Numbered from the stretch's first letter, positions 1-7,867 are shown. The stretch: DNA of 32,000 nt from Gracilimonas sediminicola (GCF_046115515.1 NZ_CP175953.1), one strand, 5' to 3'. Notes: generated by a model not told the origin, from the sequence alone. Numbers and translations: made by a program.

Positions 1-15
1 TGATACCTATGGGAC

Positions 16-1092
16 ATGGCAGATAATAAATCAGATCAGGAAAAAACGGAGGAACCCTCCCAGAAACGCCTCGATGATGCGAGGAAGGAAGGGAATGTCA
101 GCGTCAGCAAGGAAGTCTCCTCGGTAGCCCTTATGGTTACAGCGATTATATCGTTTGTAGCGATGAGTGGTATAATCGGTGACCGGCTTACCAAGCTGTT
201 CGAGTCTTTCTTTTCGAACGCGGGTGGAGGTTTCGCTGATCAGGAGGAAGCTACACGCTACCTGCAGGATGCATTATGGGCCGGTATGGAAATGCTAACC
301 CCAACCATGATCAGCTTACTTGTAATGGCTGTTCTCGTGAATGTGGTGCAAACAGGTGGAGTCTTTTCTTTTGATGCCCTGAAATTTAAAGGCAGCAAAA
401 TGAATCCGCTAAAAGGATTGAAGAACATTTTTTCAACCAAAGGACTGGTGGAGCTGGTAAAAGGTTTGCTGAAACTGTTCATCATCCTAACTGTCGCTTA
501 CTTCACCATGCGGAGCGATATAAATCATTTCGTTTCATTCATCATCTCCCCTTTGGATTACAGCATGAGCCAATCCGGTTCGTTCATCCTTTTATTTGTA
601 ACCCGGATTATGGCGGCACTGTTGGTCCTTTCCATTGCTGATGCCGTGTACCAGCAGTTTCAACATAAAAAAGACCTGCGAATGACCAAGCAGGAAGTAA
701 AAGACGAATACAAGCAGATGGAAGGTGACCCTCATGTAAAAGGTCAGCGTAGAAAATTCGGAATGAAACTCCGCCAGCAAAAAAGAATGGATCATGCGGT
801 TCTTGCTTCCGATGTAGTCGTCACCAACCCGACTCACTACGCTGTTGCCCTGAAATACGATCCCGAAAAAAGTAATGCACCTATAGTAATGGTGAAGGGA
901 AAACGGCTGCGTGCTTTAAGAATAAAAGAGCTGGCCAAGCAGTATGGCATACCTATTGTAGAGAATGTACCTGTAGCCCGGGCTCTTTATGCGACGGCTG
1001 AGGAAGACGAATTCATTCCTGCAGACCTCTATCGTGCCGTAGCAGAGATCCTGGCGTACGTTTATAAACTGAAAAACAAACACAAAGTATAA
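16..1092 (+). CDS. flhB: Flagellar type III export apparatus protein FlhB
   Basis: 358-aa ORF. It has the N-terminal EKTEEPSQKRLDDARKEGNV motif, hydrophobic membrane segments and the NPTH autocleavage motif (VVTNPTHYAVAL) typical of the FlhB/YscU family. flhA starts 5 nt downstream. Confidence 0.95.
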   Translation: MADNKSDQEKTEEPSQKRLDDARKEGNVSVSKEVSSVALMVTAIISFVAMSGIIGDRLTKLFESFFSNAGGGFADQEEATRYLQDALWAGMEMLTPTMISLLVMAVLVNVVQTGGVFSFDALKFKGSKMNPLKGLKNIFSTKGLVELVKGLLKLFIILTVAYFTMRSDINHFVSFIISPLDYSMSQSGSFILLFVTRIMAALLVLSIADAVYQQFQHKKDLRMTKQEVKDEYKQMEGDPHVKGQRRKFGMKLRQQKRMDHAVLASDVVVTNPTHYAVALKYDPEKSNAPIVMVKGKRLRALRIKELAKQYGIPIVENVPVARALYATAEEDEFIPADLYRAVAEILAYVYKLKNKHKV

Positions 1093-1097
1093 TTCAC

Positions 1098-3248
1098 ATG
1101 GCCTTTGGCGGAATCACAACCGAAAAGTTAAAAGGAACATTTTTCCAGACGGATGTCTTAATTTCCTCCAGTATCATCATGATCCTGTTGATTATGATTA
1201 TACCGTTCCCCACACAGTTGATGGATTTCTTCCTGGCGTTGAACATCTCCCTTTCCCTCATCGTGATGCTGGTGGCCTTCTATGCTTTGAAGCCTTTACA
1301 GTTTGCCGTTTTCCCCGGTATGCTTTTGATTCTCACCCTCTTCCGGCTTTCGCTGAACGTGGGTACAACCCGGCTCATTTTAAGTGAAGGCTATGCCGGT
1401 TCCATCATTGAATCGTTTGGGGGATTTATTGTACAGGGCAACTTTGTAATCGGGATTATCATTTTCGCGGTTTTGATAATTATCAACTTTGTGGTTATTA
1501 CCAAAGGTGCTACCCGTATTGCTGAAGTTGCCGCCCGATTTACCCTGGATGCCATGCCCGGTAAACAGATGTCGATTGATGCCGACCTCGCCGCAGGATT
1601 ACTCACCGACGAAGAAGCCAAAAAGAAACGAGAGGAAATTGCCCGCGAAGCTGATTTCTACGGAGCCATGGATGGTGCCAGTAAGTTTGTTCGCGGTGAC
1701 GTAATCGCCGGACTTCTCATTACCTTTATAAATATTATAGGCGGTCTCATCATCGGAACCGTACAGCTTGGGATGCCGATTGGAGCTGCAGCTGCTAAAT
1801 ATACGCTGATGACTATCGGTGACGGTCTGGTTTCTCAAATTCCCGGGCTGTTGATCTCGACGGCTGCAGGTATCATGGTTTCGCGTGCTGCTTCGGAGGG
1901 TAACCTGGGTAACGAACTTAAGTTTCAGCTGTTGGGGAATCCCAAGACCGTCATCATCGGTGCTGTATTTGTATTTTTTATGGGGATGTTGCCCGGACTT
2001 CCCGTCATCCCCTTCTGGAGTATTGCCGGTTTCTTCCTGTTTATGGGAGTGAAGAACTTTCAGCGTGAAGAAGATGAAAGGCTTGAAGAAGAAGCGGCAG
2101 AAACAAAAGAACTGTCCGGCAAAGCCGAAGATCCGGTTGAGAATTACTTACTGATGGATACCCTGGAGCTCGAAATTGGCTACAGCCTTATTCCCATGGT
2201 AGAAGCCAACCAAGGAGGTGACTTACTGGATCGAATGACTTCACTCCGAAAACAACTTGCTTCCGAGCTCGGTATCATCATCCCTTCAATTCGAATACGG
2301 GATAATGTTCAGCTTGACGCCAACCACTATACCATAAAGATGAGAGGAATTATGCAGGGCGATGGTGAAATCCTCCCCGGCTATCACCTCACTTTGCTTC
2401 CGGCTGATTTTAAACCGGATATCCAGGGCATTGAAACCAAAGACCCGACCTTTGGTATGGATGCCATTTGGGTGAGCGGAAAGAATAAGTCTCAAGCGGA
2501 AAAATATGGGCTTTCCGTGATTGAATCCGGAGCTGTGATTACTACTCACCTGATGGAAGTGCTCAAGAAAAATGCCCATAAGCTGGTTGACCGTCAAATG
2601 GTGAAGAAGCTTATTGATAACATCAAAGAACAGCACTCGGCCCTGGTGGAAGAACTTATTCCCGATGGTATGAAGGTGGGAGAAATACAGAAAGTATTAA
2701 AGCGACTGCTTCGCGAACGGGTACCGGTGAAAGACCTGGTTACCATTTTGGAGACCCTGGCCGATTATTGCCATCAAACCAACAACACCGATGTACTCAC
2801 CGAGTACTGCCGTGCTGCTTTATCGGAGACCATCACCCGGCAGTATGCAAACAACGAGAACGAAGTAACGGTGGTAATGATGGACTCTAACCTTGAATCG
2901 CACCTGATTGCTCAGGCACAGCAGGGTACGTTAAACAGCAACACACTTGGGCTAACCCCTGAAACGGTTGAGAAATTGTACAAGAATTCCTCAGCTACTT
3001 TTGACAGTATGATCCGTCAGGGATTTGAGCCGATTTTACTAACCTCGCCGGTTCTTCGCTTTACCCTTTTTGAGTTTTTGGCACCAATTTTGCCAGATAT
3101 AAATGTGCTGTCGTACAATGACATCAGTCAAGACGTACAGTTTAAAACATTCGGCCGACTGAAGATTGAAGACCCTGTAAAGATGAATCAACCGGCGGCT
3201 AACACAGAACAACCAGCGCAACAACCTGAAGAACACGTACTGGCATGA
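1098..3248 (+). CDS. flhA: Flagellar type III export apparatus protein FlhA
   Basis: 716-aa ORF with a polytopic N-terminal domain carrying FRLSLNVGTTRLIL and ITKGATRIAEVAARFTLDAMPGKQMSIDADL, plus a large cytoplasmic C-terminal domain. The stop overlaps the flhF ATG (ATGA). Confidence 0.97.
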   Translation: MAFGGITTEKLKGTFFQTDVLISSSIIMILLIMIIPFPTQLMDFFLALNISLSLIVMLVAFYALKPLQFAVFPGMLLILTLFRLSLNVGTTRLILSEGYAGSIIESFGGFIVQGNFVIGIIIFAVLIIINFVVITKGATRIAEVAARFTLDAMPGKQMSIDADLAAGLLTDEEAKKKREEIAREADFYGAMDGASKFVRGDVIAGLLITFINIIGGLIIGTVQLGMPIGAAAAKYTLMTIGDGLVSQIPGLLISTAAGIMVSRAASEGNLGNELKFQLLGNPKTVIIGAVFVFFMGMLPGLPVIPFWSIAGFFLFMGVKNFQREEDERLEEEAAETKELSGKAEDPVENYLLMDTLELEIGYSLIPMVEANQGGDLLDRMTSLRKQLASELGIIIPSIRIRDNVQLDANHYTIKMRGIMQGDGEILPGYHLTLLPADFKPDIQGIETKDPTFGMDAIWVSGKNKSQAEKYGLSVIESGAVITTHLMEVLKKNAHKLVDRQMVKKLIDNIKEQHSALVEELIPDGMKVGEIQKVLKRLLRERVPVKDLVTILETLADYCHQTNNTDVLTEYCRAALSETITRQYANNENEVTVVMMDSNLESHLIAQAQQGTLNSNTLGLTPETVEKLYKNSSATFDSMIRQGFEPILLTSPVLRFTLFEFLAPILPDINVLSYNDISQDVQFKTFGRLKIEDPVKMNQPAANTEQPAQQPEEHVLA
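3079..3094 (+). promoter_or_regulatory. Candidate sigma-54 (-24/-12) promoter internal to flhA and upstream of flhF
   Basis: Exact TGGCAC-N5-TTGC core (ttTGGCACcaattTTGCc) in sense orientation about 150 nt upstream of the flhF start. It lies within coding sequence, so a chance match is possible. Confidence 0.45.
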
Positions 3249-4768
3249 TATTGAAGAATATTTTTGGGAAAACAATAGAGGCGGCTAAGAAAAGTGCCCA
3301 GCAGATGTATGGGGATGATTTCCTGGTCATTGAGTCCTTTGAAGGTGATGGAGCCGATGGTAAAGCCCGTATCACGATCTTTTCTGATGGCAAGAAGGAA
3401 GGCCAAACCAACGGCCGCCAAAATGGGCATACCCGTACTGCAGCACCTAAGCAGTCTAAACCTGAGCCTGAACAAGGCGTCATGTTTGAGCGATCCGGTG
3501 AAGCGCCGGTTCCACCTAAAAACGGGCACAGTAATGCCCAATCCCGTAAAGATACATTGGGTTCTCTGCGTAAGTTTGCCGAGCAACAGATGGGTGCCGA
3601 ACTGAACGGCTATCAAAATGGAACGACAACTTTAGAGGAAGCAAATGAACCTGAGCCGGAAAAAAATTCCGATATGTTGTACAGTCGTTCCTTCATTCGC
3701 CCTGTAAAACCGACTCCTGAAAAGAAAAAAGAAAATAAAGTTGAAGAGCCGGTTTCACCGTCTGAAAACCCAAAAGAAGAACAGAAAGAGGCCCCTTCAG
3801 GAAAAGCCAAAAGCAACGGCTTCATTACCCATTTCAAACCATCGAAGCCACAGGCTAACAAAGCCCCTGAAGTTCGGGAAGTGGTATCAACGCGGCATAA
3901 TGAGCGCGAGATAAAAGCCCTGCACAAACGATTTGACAAACTGGAAGCTTTGCTCGACTCAGCCCTTATTTCGGCTAACCTCGACTACGCCTCCCACCCT
4001 GCTTTCCAGCAGTTGGTGCATACCGGAATAAACACCAGCGTAATTGCGGGTTGGTTCAGTGACATTATTAAAGAAGGCATCGACCCTTATGACCAAGGCG
4101 AGCTTTTTATGTCGAAGCTGGCGGAAATCATCCGTAAAGCATTGGGTAAGCCATCTGAAGAGGAAGCTCAGAAATTCATGCTCTTTGCCGGACCATCCGG
4201 AGCAGGGAAAACACAGCTGATTATGAAGCTGACTCAACACCCTGACTTCATGATCGACAAGAAATTAGCCGTAGTTTCAGTCTATCCGCAGGCAGAAAAT
4301 GCAGCACCATATTATACCATTCTGGAACCATTCTGTGCTCAGCATGAAATTCCTTATTTCGAAGTACAGAGCGGACTGGATGTCTCAAAGATTGTTGAAG
4401 ACTTAGCCGAATTTGACCATGTGTTTATCGACACACCTTCTTTAAGCATCGAACAGGATAACTCGTTCCGTGAGTTTTGGAAAATCAAACAACTGCTCTC
4501 TCCTCTTGCTCCTTTAGAGGTGCATTATGTGGTGAATGCAGCTTTGAACCGGTTTTACTTCCAGAATTCGTCAGCTACTCACCATCCCCTTCAGCCCGAT
4601 TACGTGGCAATCACTCATCTTGATGAAGTGGCCCAATGGGGACCGGTTATTCCATTCCTTCAAAAAATGGGATGCAGCGCCCGGTACATCAGCACCGGCA
4701 ACAAGTTGAATAACTTGAATGAGTTTAACCCACAATGGTTTGCTCAAAAGGTATTACAGGAAAATTAG
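3245..4768 (+). CDS. flhF: Flagellar biosynthesis SRP-type GTPase FlhF (long N-terminal B-domain)
   Basis: 507-aa ORF. It has the P-loop FAGPSGAGKT, a DTPS G3-like motif and ITHLDE (the TKLDE equivalent), and sits between flhA and flhG. Residues ~50-220 are low-complexity and rich in P/K/E. Confidence 0.85.
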   Translation: MILKNIFGKTIEAAKKSAQQMYGDDFLVIESFEGDGADGKARITIFSDGKKEGQTNGRQNGHTRTAAPKQSKPEPEQGVMFERSGEAPVPPKNGHSNAQSRKDTLGSLRKFAEQQMGAELNGYQNGTTTLEEANEPEPEKNSDMLYSRSFIRPVKPTPEKKKENKVEEPVSPSENPKEEQKEAPSGKAKSNGFITHFKPSKPQANKAPEVREVVSTRHNEREIKALHKRFDKLEALLDSALISANLDYASHPAFQQLVHTGINTSVIAGWFSDIIKEGIDPYDQGELFMSKLAEIIRKALGKPSEEEAQKFMLFAGPSGAGKTQLIMKLTQHPDFMIDKKLAVVSVYPQAENAAPYYTILEPFCAQHEIPYFEVQSGLDVSKIVEDLAEFDHVFIDTPSLSIEQDNSFREFWKIKQLLSPLAPLEVHYVVNAALNRFYFQNSSATHHPLQPDYVAITHLDEVAQWGPVIPFLQKMGCSARYISTGNKLNNLNEFNPQWFAQKVLQEN

Positions 4769-4772
4769 AATT

Positions 4773-5570
4773 ATGAAACAGCCAATTGAATTAGAACAAC
4801 CATTTGTATTCACTGTGATCAGTGGAAAAGGCGGCGTAGGTAAAAGCATGGCCAGCGTTAACACAGCGACTATGCTGAGCAAGCTGGGATACAAAGTTGC
4901 CTTGCTGGATGCTGATTTGGGCCTGGCAAATTGCGCCACCCTGTTAAACGAACCCGTGAGTGCAACGGTGAGCAGCTGGATGGAAGGCAAATGCGGAATT
5001 GAAGACTTGCCTTGCGTTACCTCCGGAATAACACTGGTAACGGGAGCAAATGCCCCCGGCGAGAACAAGTTTAAGCCCGATCTTTTTATGGGTGCCCTCG
5101 ATCAGGTGACTGCCTTTCTTAAGCAAAACCATGATTTTATCATTATTGATACCCCTGCTGGTGCCGGTGAAATGTCTTTGTGGGCGCTGGATATCTCACA
5201 GATTGGGGTTTTGGTTCTGGTTGATGAACCCACCGCTATTTCCGATGTGTACCGCTTATGCAAGTACGTATTCAATATCGACCCCGGGTATAAATTCGCA
5301 AGCATCGTGAATTATGCTGAAAGCGAAGACACCGCCCAAAGCACCTATCAGCGGTTCAATACCATCCTGAATTATTTTCTAAACAAGCAGACGCAATACT
5401 TTGGGTTTATTCCGGCAAGCGAGCAAATCCGGGAATCGGTTCAAAAACAAAAACCGCTGCTGGACATGGGCGCCGATACAGACATACTCACGGAATTCGA
5501 GTTTATTGCAGAAAACGTGCTTGCTTATGCAAATAACGAAGAAAAAACACTTTTAAAGACCGTAAACTAA
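4773..5570 (+). CDS. flhG: MinD/ParA-family flagellar number regulator FlhG (FleN/YlxH)
   Basis: Deviant Walker A ISGKGGVGKSM, LLDADLGLAN and IIIDTPAG motifs, positioned after flhF. I chose the start at ATG 4773 (MKQPIELEQ), 4 nt after the flhF stop, rather than the track start at 4719, which overlaps flhF by 50 nt. Confidence 0.85.
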   Translation: MKQPIELEQPFVFTVISGKGGVGKSMASVNTATMLSKLGYKVALLDADLGLANCATLLNEPVSATVSSWMEGKCGIEDLPCVTSGITLVTGANAPGENKFKPDLFMGALDQVTAFLKQNHDFIIIDTPAGAGEMSLWALDISQIGVLVLVDEPTAISDVYRLCKYVFNIDPGYKFASIVNYAESEDTAQSTYQRFNTILNYFLNKQTQYFGFIPASEQIRESVQKQKPLLDMGADTDILTEFEFIAENVLAYANNEEKTLLKTVN

Positions 5571-5585
5571 CGGAAGGAGAAAACC

Positions 5586-5816
5586 ATGCTAATACGATTA
5601 ATTACTGTAATTTCACTGATTCTTTTTATGCTTCTGATGATATCCGGAGTGAACATTGAAGTTGCCCTATACCGCAGTATGCTCACATTCATGATCCTGT
5701 TCGCCGTGGTTTATATCTCCATTTTTCTGCTGAATGTGCTTCGTGAAGACCAGAATTCAGATGGCGTGTCTATGCCAAACGGCGGGAGTACTTCTAATGC
5801 TAACGGAGAAGGGTAA
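5586..5816 (+). CDS. Small hypothetical membrane protein (two predicted TM helices)
   Basis: 76-aa ORF with a strong SD (GGAAGGAGAaaaccATG). It has two hydrophobic helices and a polar G/S/N-rich tail. It is tightly packed between flhG (stop 5570) and fliA (start 5819). Confidence 0.5.
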   Translation: MLIRLITVISLILFMLLMISGVNIEVALYRSMLTFMILFAVVYISIFLLNVLREDQNSDGVSMPNGGSTSNANGEG

Positions 5817-5818
5817 TC

Positions 5819-6589
5819 ATGGGAAATAAGTCACTACAAGAACTGGTTGAAATTTATTGCAAGAACCCTGTGGACGGGATTCGAAATTCTATCATCAGTA
5901 AATCCACTCCACTTATTCGCAGCATTATTGGCAAGATCAATCGACCTGATCAGCCATTGGCACACCGTGAAGATCTGGAAAGTGCAGGAATCATCGGGCT
6001 GCTCCAGGCTTTGGATTCTTACGATTGCGAACGAAATATTCAGTTTAACACCTTCGCTTATTACCGAATCCGTGGCAGTATTGTTGATTACCTGAGAAGT
6101 ATCGATCAGCTGCCAAGAAAACAGCGCAAAAACTACGGACAGGTGCAGGAAGTTATCCAGCGAATGAGCCAGGTACTTGGCCGCGAGCCTTCTGATGAAG
6201 AAATCGCCAATGAGCTGGAAATGGAAATGGATGATTACTACAAACTTCTTTCCAATGTACAGCAGCGAAATGTACTCTCATTAGATACTCCTGCTTATGA
6301 TGAAAACTCCGGTTCCTTCTATGACTTCCATGAGGATCCAAATTCAGAAACACCGGATACCAATTTGGAGAAGAAAGAGCGCACCGAAGCTCTGCAGAAG
6401 AAAATCGGACAGCTAAAGGAAAGAGACCGTCTGATTTTGATGCTCTATTATTATGAAGATATGACAATGAGTGAAATCGCCTTGCTGCTGGAACTTACCG
6501 AAGCCCGTATTTCTCAAATCGTGGGTAAGTTGCTCATTCAACTCAAGGGCGACCTCGGACAAGAGCAAATGGCGTACGCAGCCAGTTGA
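5819..6589 (+). CDS. fliA: Flagellar RNA polymerase sigma factor FliA (sigma-28, FliA/WhiG family)
   Basis: 256 aa. Region 2-like FNTFAYYRIRGSIVDYLR, region 4 HTH MTMSEIALLLELTEARISQIVGKLL, SD GGAGAAGGG upstream, and a flagellar context. Confidence 0.9.
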   Translation: MGNKSLQELVEIYCKNPVDGIRNSIISKSTPLIRSIIGKINRPDQPLAHREDLESAGIIGLLQALDSYDCERNIQFNTFAYYRIRGSIVDYLRSIDQLPRKQRKNYGQVQEVIQRMSQVLGREPSDEEIANELEMEMDDYYKLLSNVQQRNVLSLDTPAYDENSGSFYDFHEDPNSETPDTNLEKKERTEALQKKIGQLKERDRLILMLYYYEDMTMSEIALLLELTEARISQIVGKLLIQLKGDLGQEQMAYAAS

Positions 6590-6612
6590 TGAGTATTAGC
6601 TATAGCTCTGCA

Positions 6613-6728
6613 GTCATTCAGAGCGGAGCGATGAACCTTAGCCACGAAATGCTTACCAAGCTTGCACTGGCTCAGATCCTTCGCGGTTAATACCCAGCCC
6701 TATTCTACTTACTTGCGCTCAGGATGAC
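6613..6728 (+). repeat. ~116-bp repeat, copy 1 (GTCATTCAGAGC...GCTCAGGATGAC)
   Basis: It shares an identical first 32 nt (gtcattcagagcggagcgatgaaccttagcca), an internal cagatccttcgc and a terminal gctcaggatgac with copies 2 and 3. The termini form an imperfect 12-nt inverted repeat. Confidence 0.85.
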
Positions 6729-6762
6729 CCCTAGTTGGACTTTTTTCAACAACCTCCCAAAT

Positions 6763-6879
6763 GTCATTCAGAGCGGAGCGATGAACCTTAGCCATGAAAC
6801 GATTGCCAAGCTTGATCTGGAGCAGATCCTTCGCAGATAACACACAGCCCTAATTTTACTTTTTTTTGCTCAGGATGAC
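6763..6879 (+). repeat. ~117-bp repeat, copy 2
   Basis: Same family and orientation as copy 1, 34 nt downstream of it. Its last ~10 nt overlap the stop-proximal end of the GIY-YIG ORF on the opposite strand. Confidence 0.85.
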
Positions 6880-7205
6880 TTTCTATCTGGTAGCGTATGT
6901 TTCGGAGGCCATTCTCCTAACACTACTTTATTAAGGCAATTCCATCCCGGATTTTCCTCATTGATTAAAGCTTCCTTCCATTTTCTGCTCCTCCCCTTAA
7001 TTCTTTTCTCTGCCTCAATAGCTTCTCTCATTGTTGGAAATGCCTCATACCAAATCAGACAATAGCAGTGGTATTTACCGGCAAAGGTGTTACTCTCTCC
7101 TCTGTTTAGATAATGTTCAATGATTCGTTTGCGAACATCATAGGTGACCCCGGTATAAAGTGTTGTTTTCTTAGGGTTAGTAACGATATAGGTATAGTGC
7201 CCCAT
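6870..7205 (-). CDS. Small GIY-YIG nuclease family protein (UPF0213/YhbQ-like)
   Basis: 111 aa. It has the N-terminal YTYIVTN...LYTGVTYDVRKRIIEH pattern (GIY...YIG, conserved R and E/H) and a downstream KGRSRKWKEALI helix typical of stand-alone GIY-YIG proteins. It is bracketed by repeat copies 2 and 3. Confidence 0.85.
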   Translation of the reverse strand: MGHYTYIVTNPKKTTLYTGVTYDVRKRIIEHYLNRGESNTFAGKYHCYCLIWYEAFPTMREAIEAEKRIKGRSRKWKEALINEENPGWNCLNKVVLGEWPPKHTLPDRKSS

Positions 7206-7233
7206 GGTTGATTATAATAAATTCTCCCCAAAA

Positions 7234-7349
7234 GTCATTCAGAGCGGAGCGATGAACCTTAGCCACGAAATACTTACCAAGCTTTTTCTGGCTCAGATCC
7301 TTCGCGATAAACATCCGGCCCCATTCTTCCCTCTTTAGCTCAGGATGAC
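7234..7349 (+). repeat. ~116-bp repeat, copy 3
   Basis: Same family and orientation. It begins 28 nt beyond the GIY-YIG start codon. The 5' flank ctccccaaaa resembles the ctcccaaat flank of copy 2. Confidence 0.85.
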
Positions 7350-7388
7350 TCTACTTCGTCGTTCAATTTAGGCTCCGACAATTCTAAT

Positions 7389-7416
7389 TTAATATCTAAT
7401 CATTTCTGTCCGATAA
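7389..7416 (+). promoter_or_regulatory. Sigma-28 (FliA)-like promoter motif, TTAAT-N15-TCCGATAA
   Basis: It resembles the TAAA-N15-GCCGATAA consensus and lies 34 nt upstream of the 85-aa ORF ATG. The same TTAAT-N15-nCCGATAA arrangement recurs at 27518-27545. Confidence 0.35.
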
Positions 7417-7449
7417 AGGATTAACGAACAACCTTTTCGTTACCATAAC

Positions 7450-7707
7450 ATGTCACTCGTACCAAAAATAACACGCTTTACAAAACTGCCGGAGCTCCTG
7501 AAACACAAGCAGGAAGCCGAAGAAAAGCAGAAGAAAGGCCGGCAAGACCGAAAGGATAAAGAACGCCCTCCTTTTGTTATGGAAGACGAAGTAGCCATTC
7601 ATTCCCAGGACCTGTCTGAGTTCAAAGTACAAACTCATAAAAAAGAGCCCCAAAAACCGAAAACTAAAGACGAAACCATCGGCGGACACATCGACCTACA
7701 GGCATAA
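7450..7707 (+). CDS. Hypothetical highly charged K/E-rich small protein
   Basis: 85-aa ORF with no recognisable domain and no SD. The purine-rich sequence is also open on the opposite strand, so coding status is uncertain. A sigma-28-like motif lies upstream, and a 7-bp hairpin (7696-7720) spans the stop. Confidence 0.35.
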   Translation: MSLVPKITRFTKLPELLKHKQEAEEKQKKGRQDRKDKERPPFVMEDEVAIHSQDLSEFKVQTHKKEPQKPKTKDETIGGHIDLQA

Positions 7708-7867
7708 TTTTTACCTGTAGAATTCCTGTTACTAAGTTCAGGTCAAAAATTCATAACAGCCCATATCTATTCCGGTACACCAGCGAAGCCATTCATAGTT
7801 TCGTGATAAGGATTGAATGGTGAATGTCATGATTAGTTTTATCAAAGCAATCCTACAATCCAATAAA

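Noticed and set aside
945-959. Near sigma-54 matches: TGGCAT-N5-TTGT in flhB (945-959) and CGGAAG-N5-TTGCT after the kinase gene (27445-27460).
   Set aside because: The first loses the invariant -12 GC (it has GT). The second has a poor -24 element beyond GG and sits inside a hairpin. Neither meets the strict core that the two reported sites meet.
4719-4772. Upstream start for flhG that overlaps flhF by 50 nt.
   Set aside because: The ATG at 4773 lies 4 nt after the flhF stop and gives a normal MinD-like N-terminus 14 residues before the Walker A motif. The extension (MSLTHNGLLKRYYRKIRI) is just the flhF 3' end read in another frame.
6631-6690. Mini-ORFs inside the repeats (MNLSHEMLTKLALAQILRG and variants, 19-28 aa).
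   Set aside because: They are very short and lack an SD. Differences between copies are mostly non-synonymous (MLT to TIA, ALA to DLE), and the stop position differs in copy 3. This fits a nucleic-acid-level element better than a peptide gene.
6613-7349. Whether the three direct repeats could be a small CRISPR array.
   Set aside because: The repeat unit is ~116 bp with a variable internal segment. The spacings are 34 bp and 354 bp, and the latter contains a gene. There are no cas genes, so this is not CRISPR architecture.
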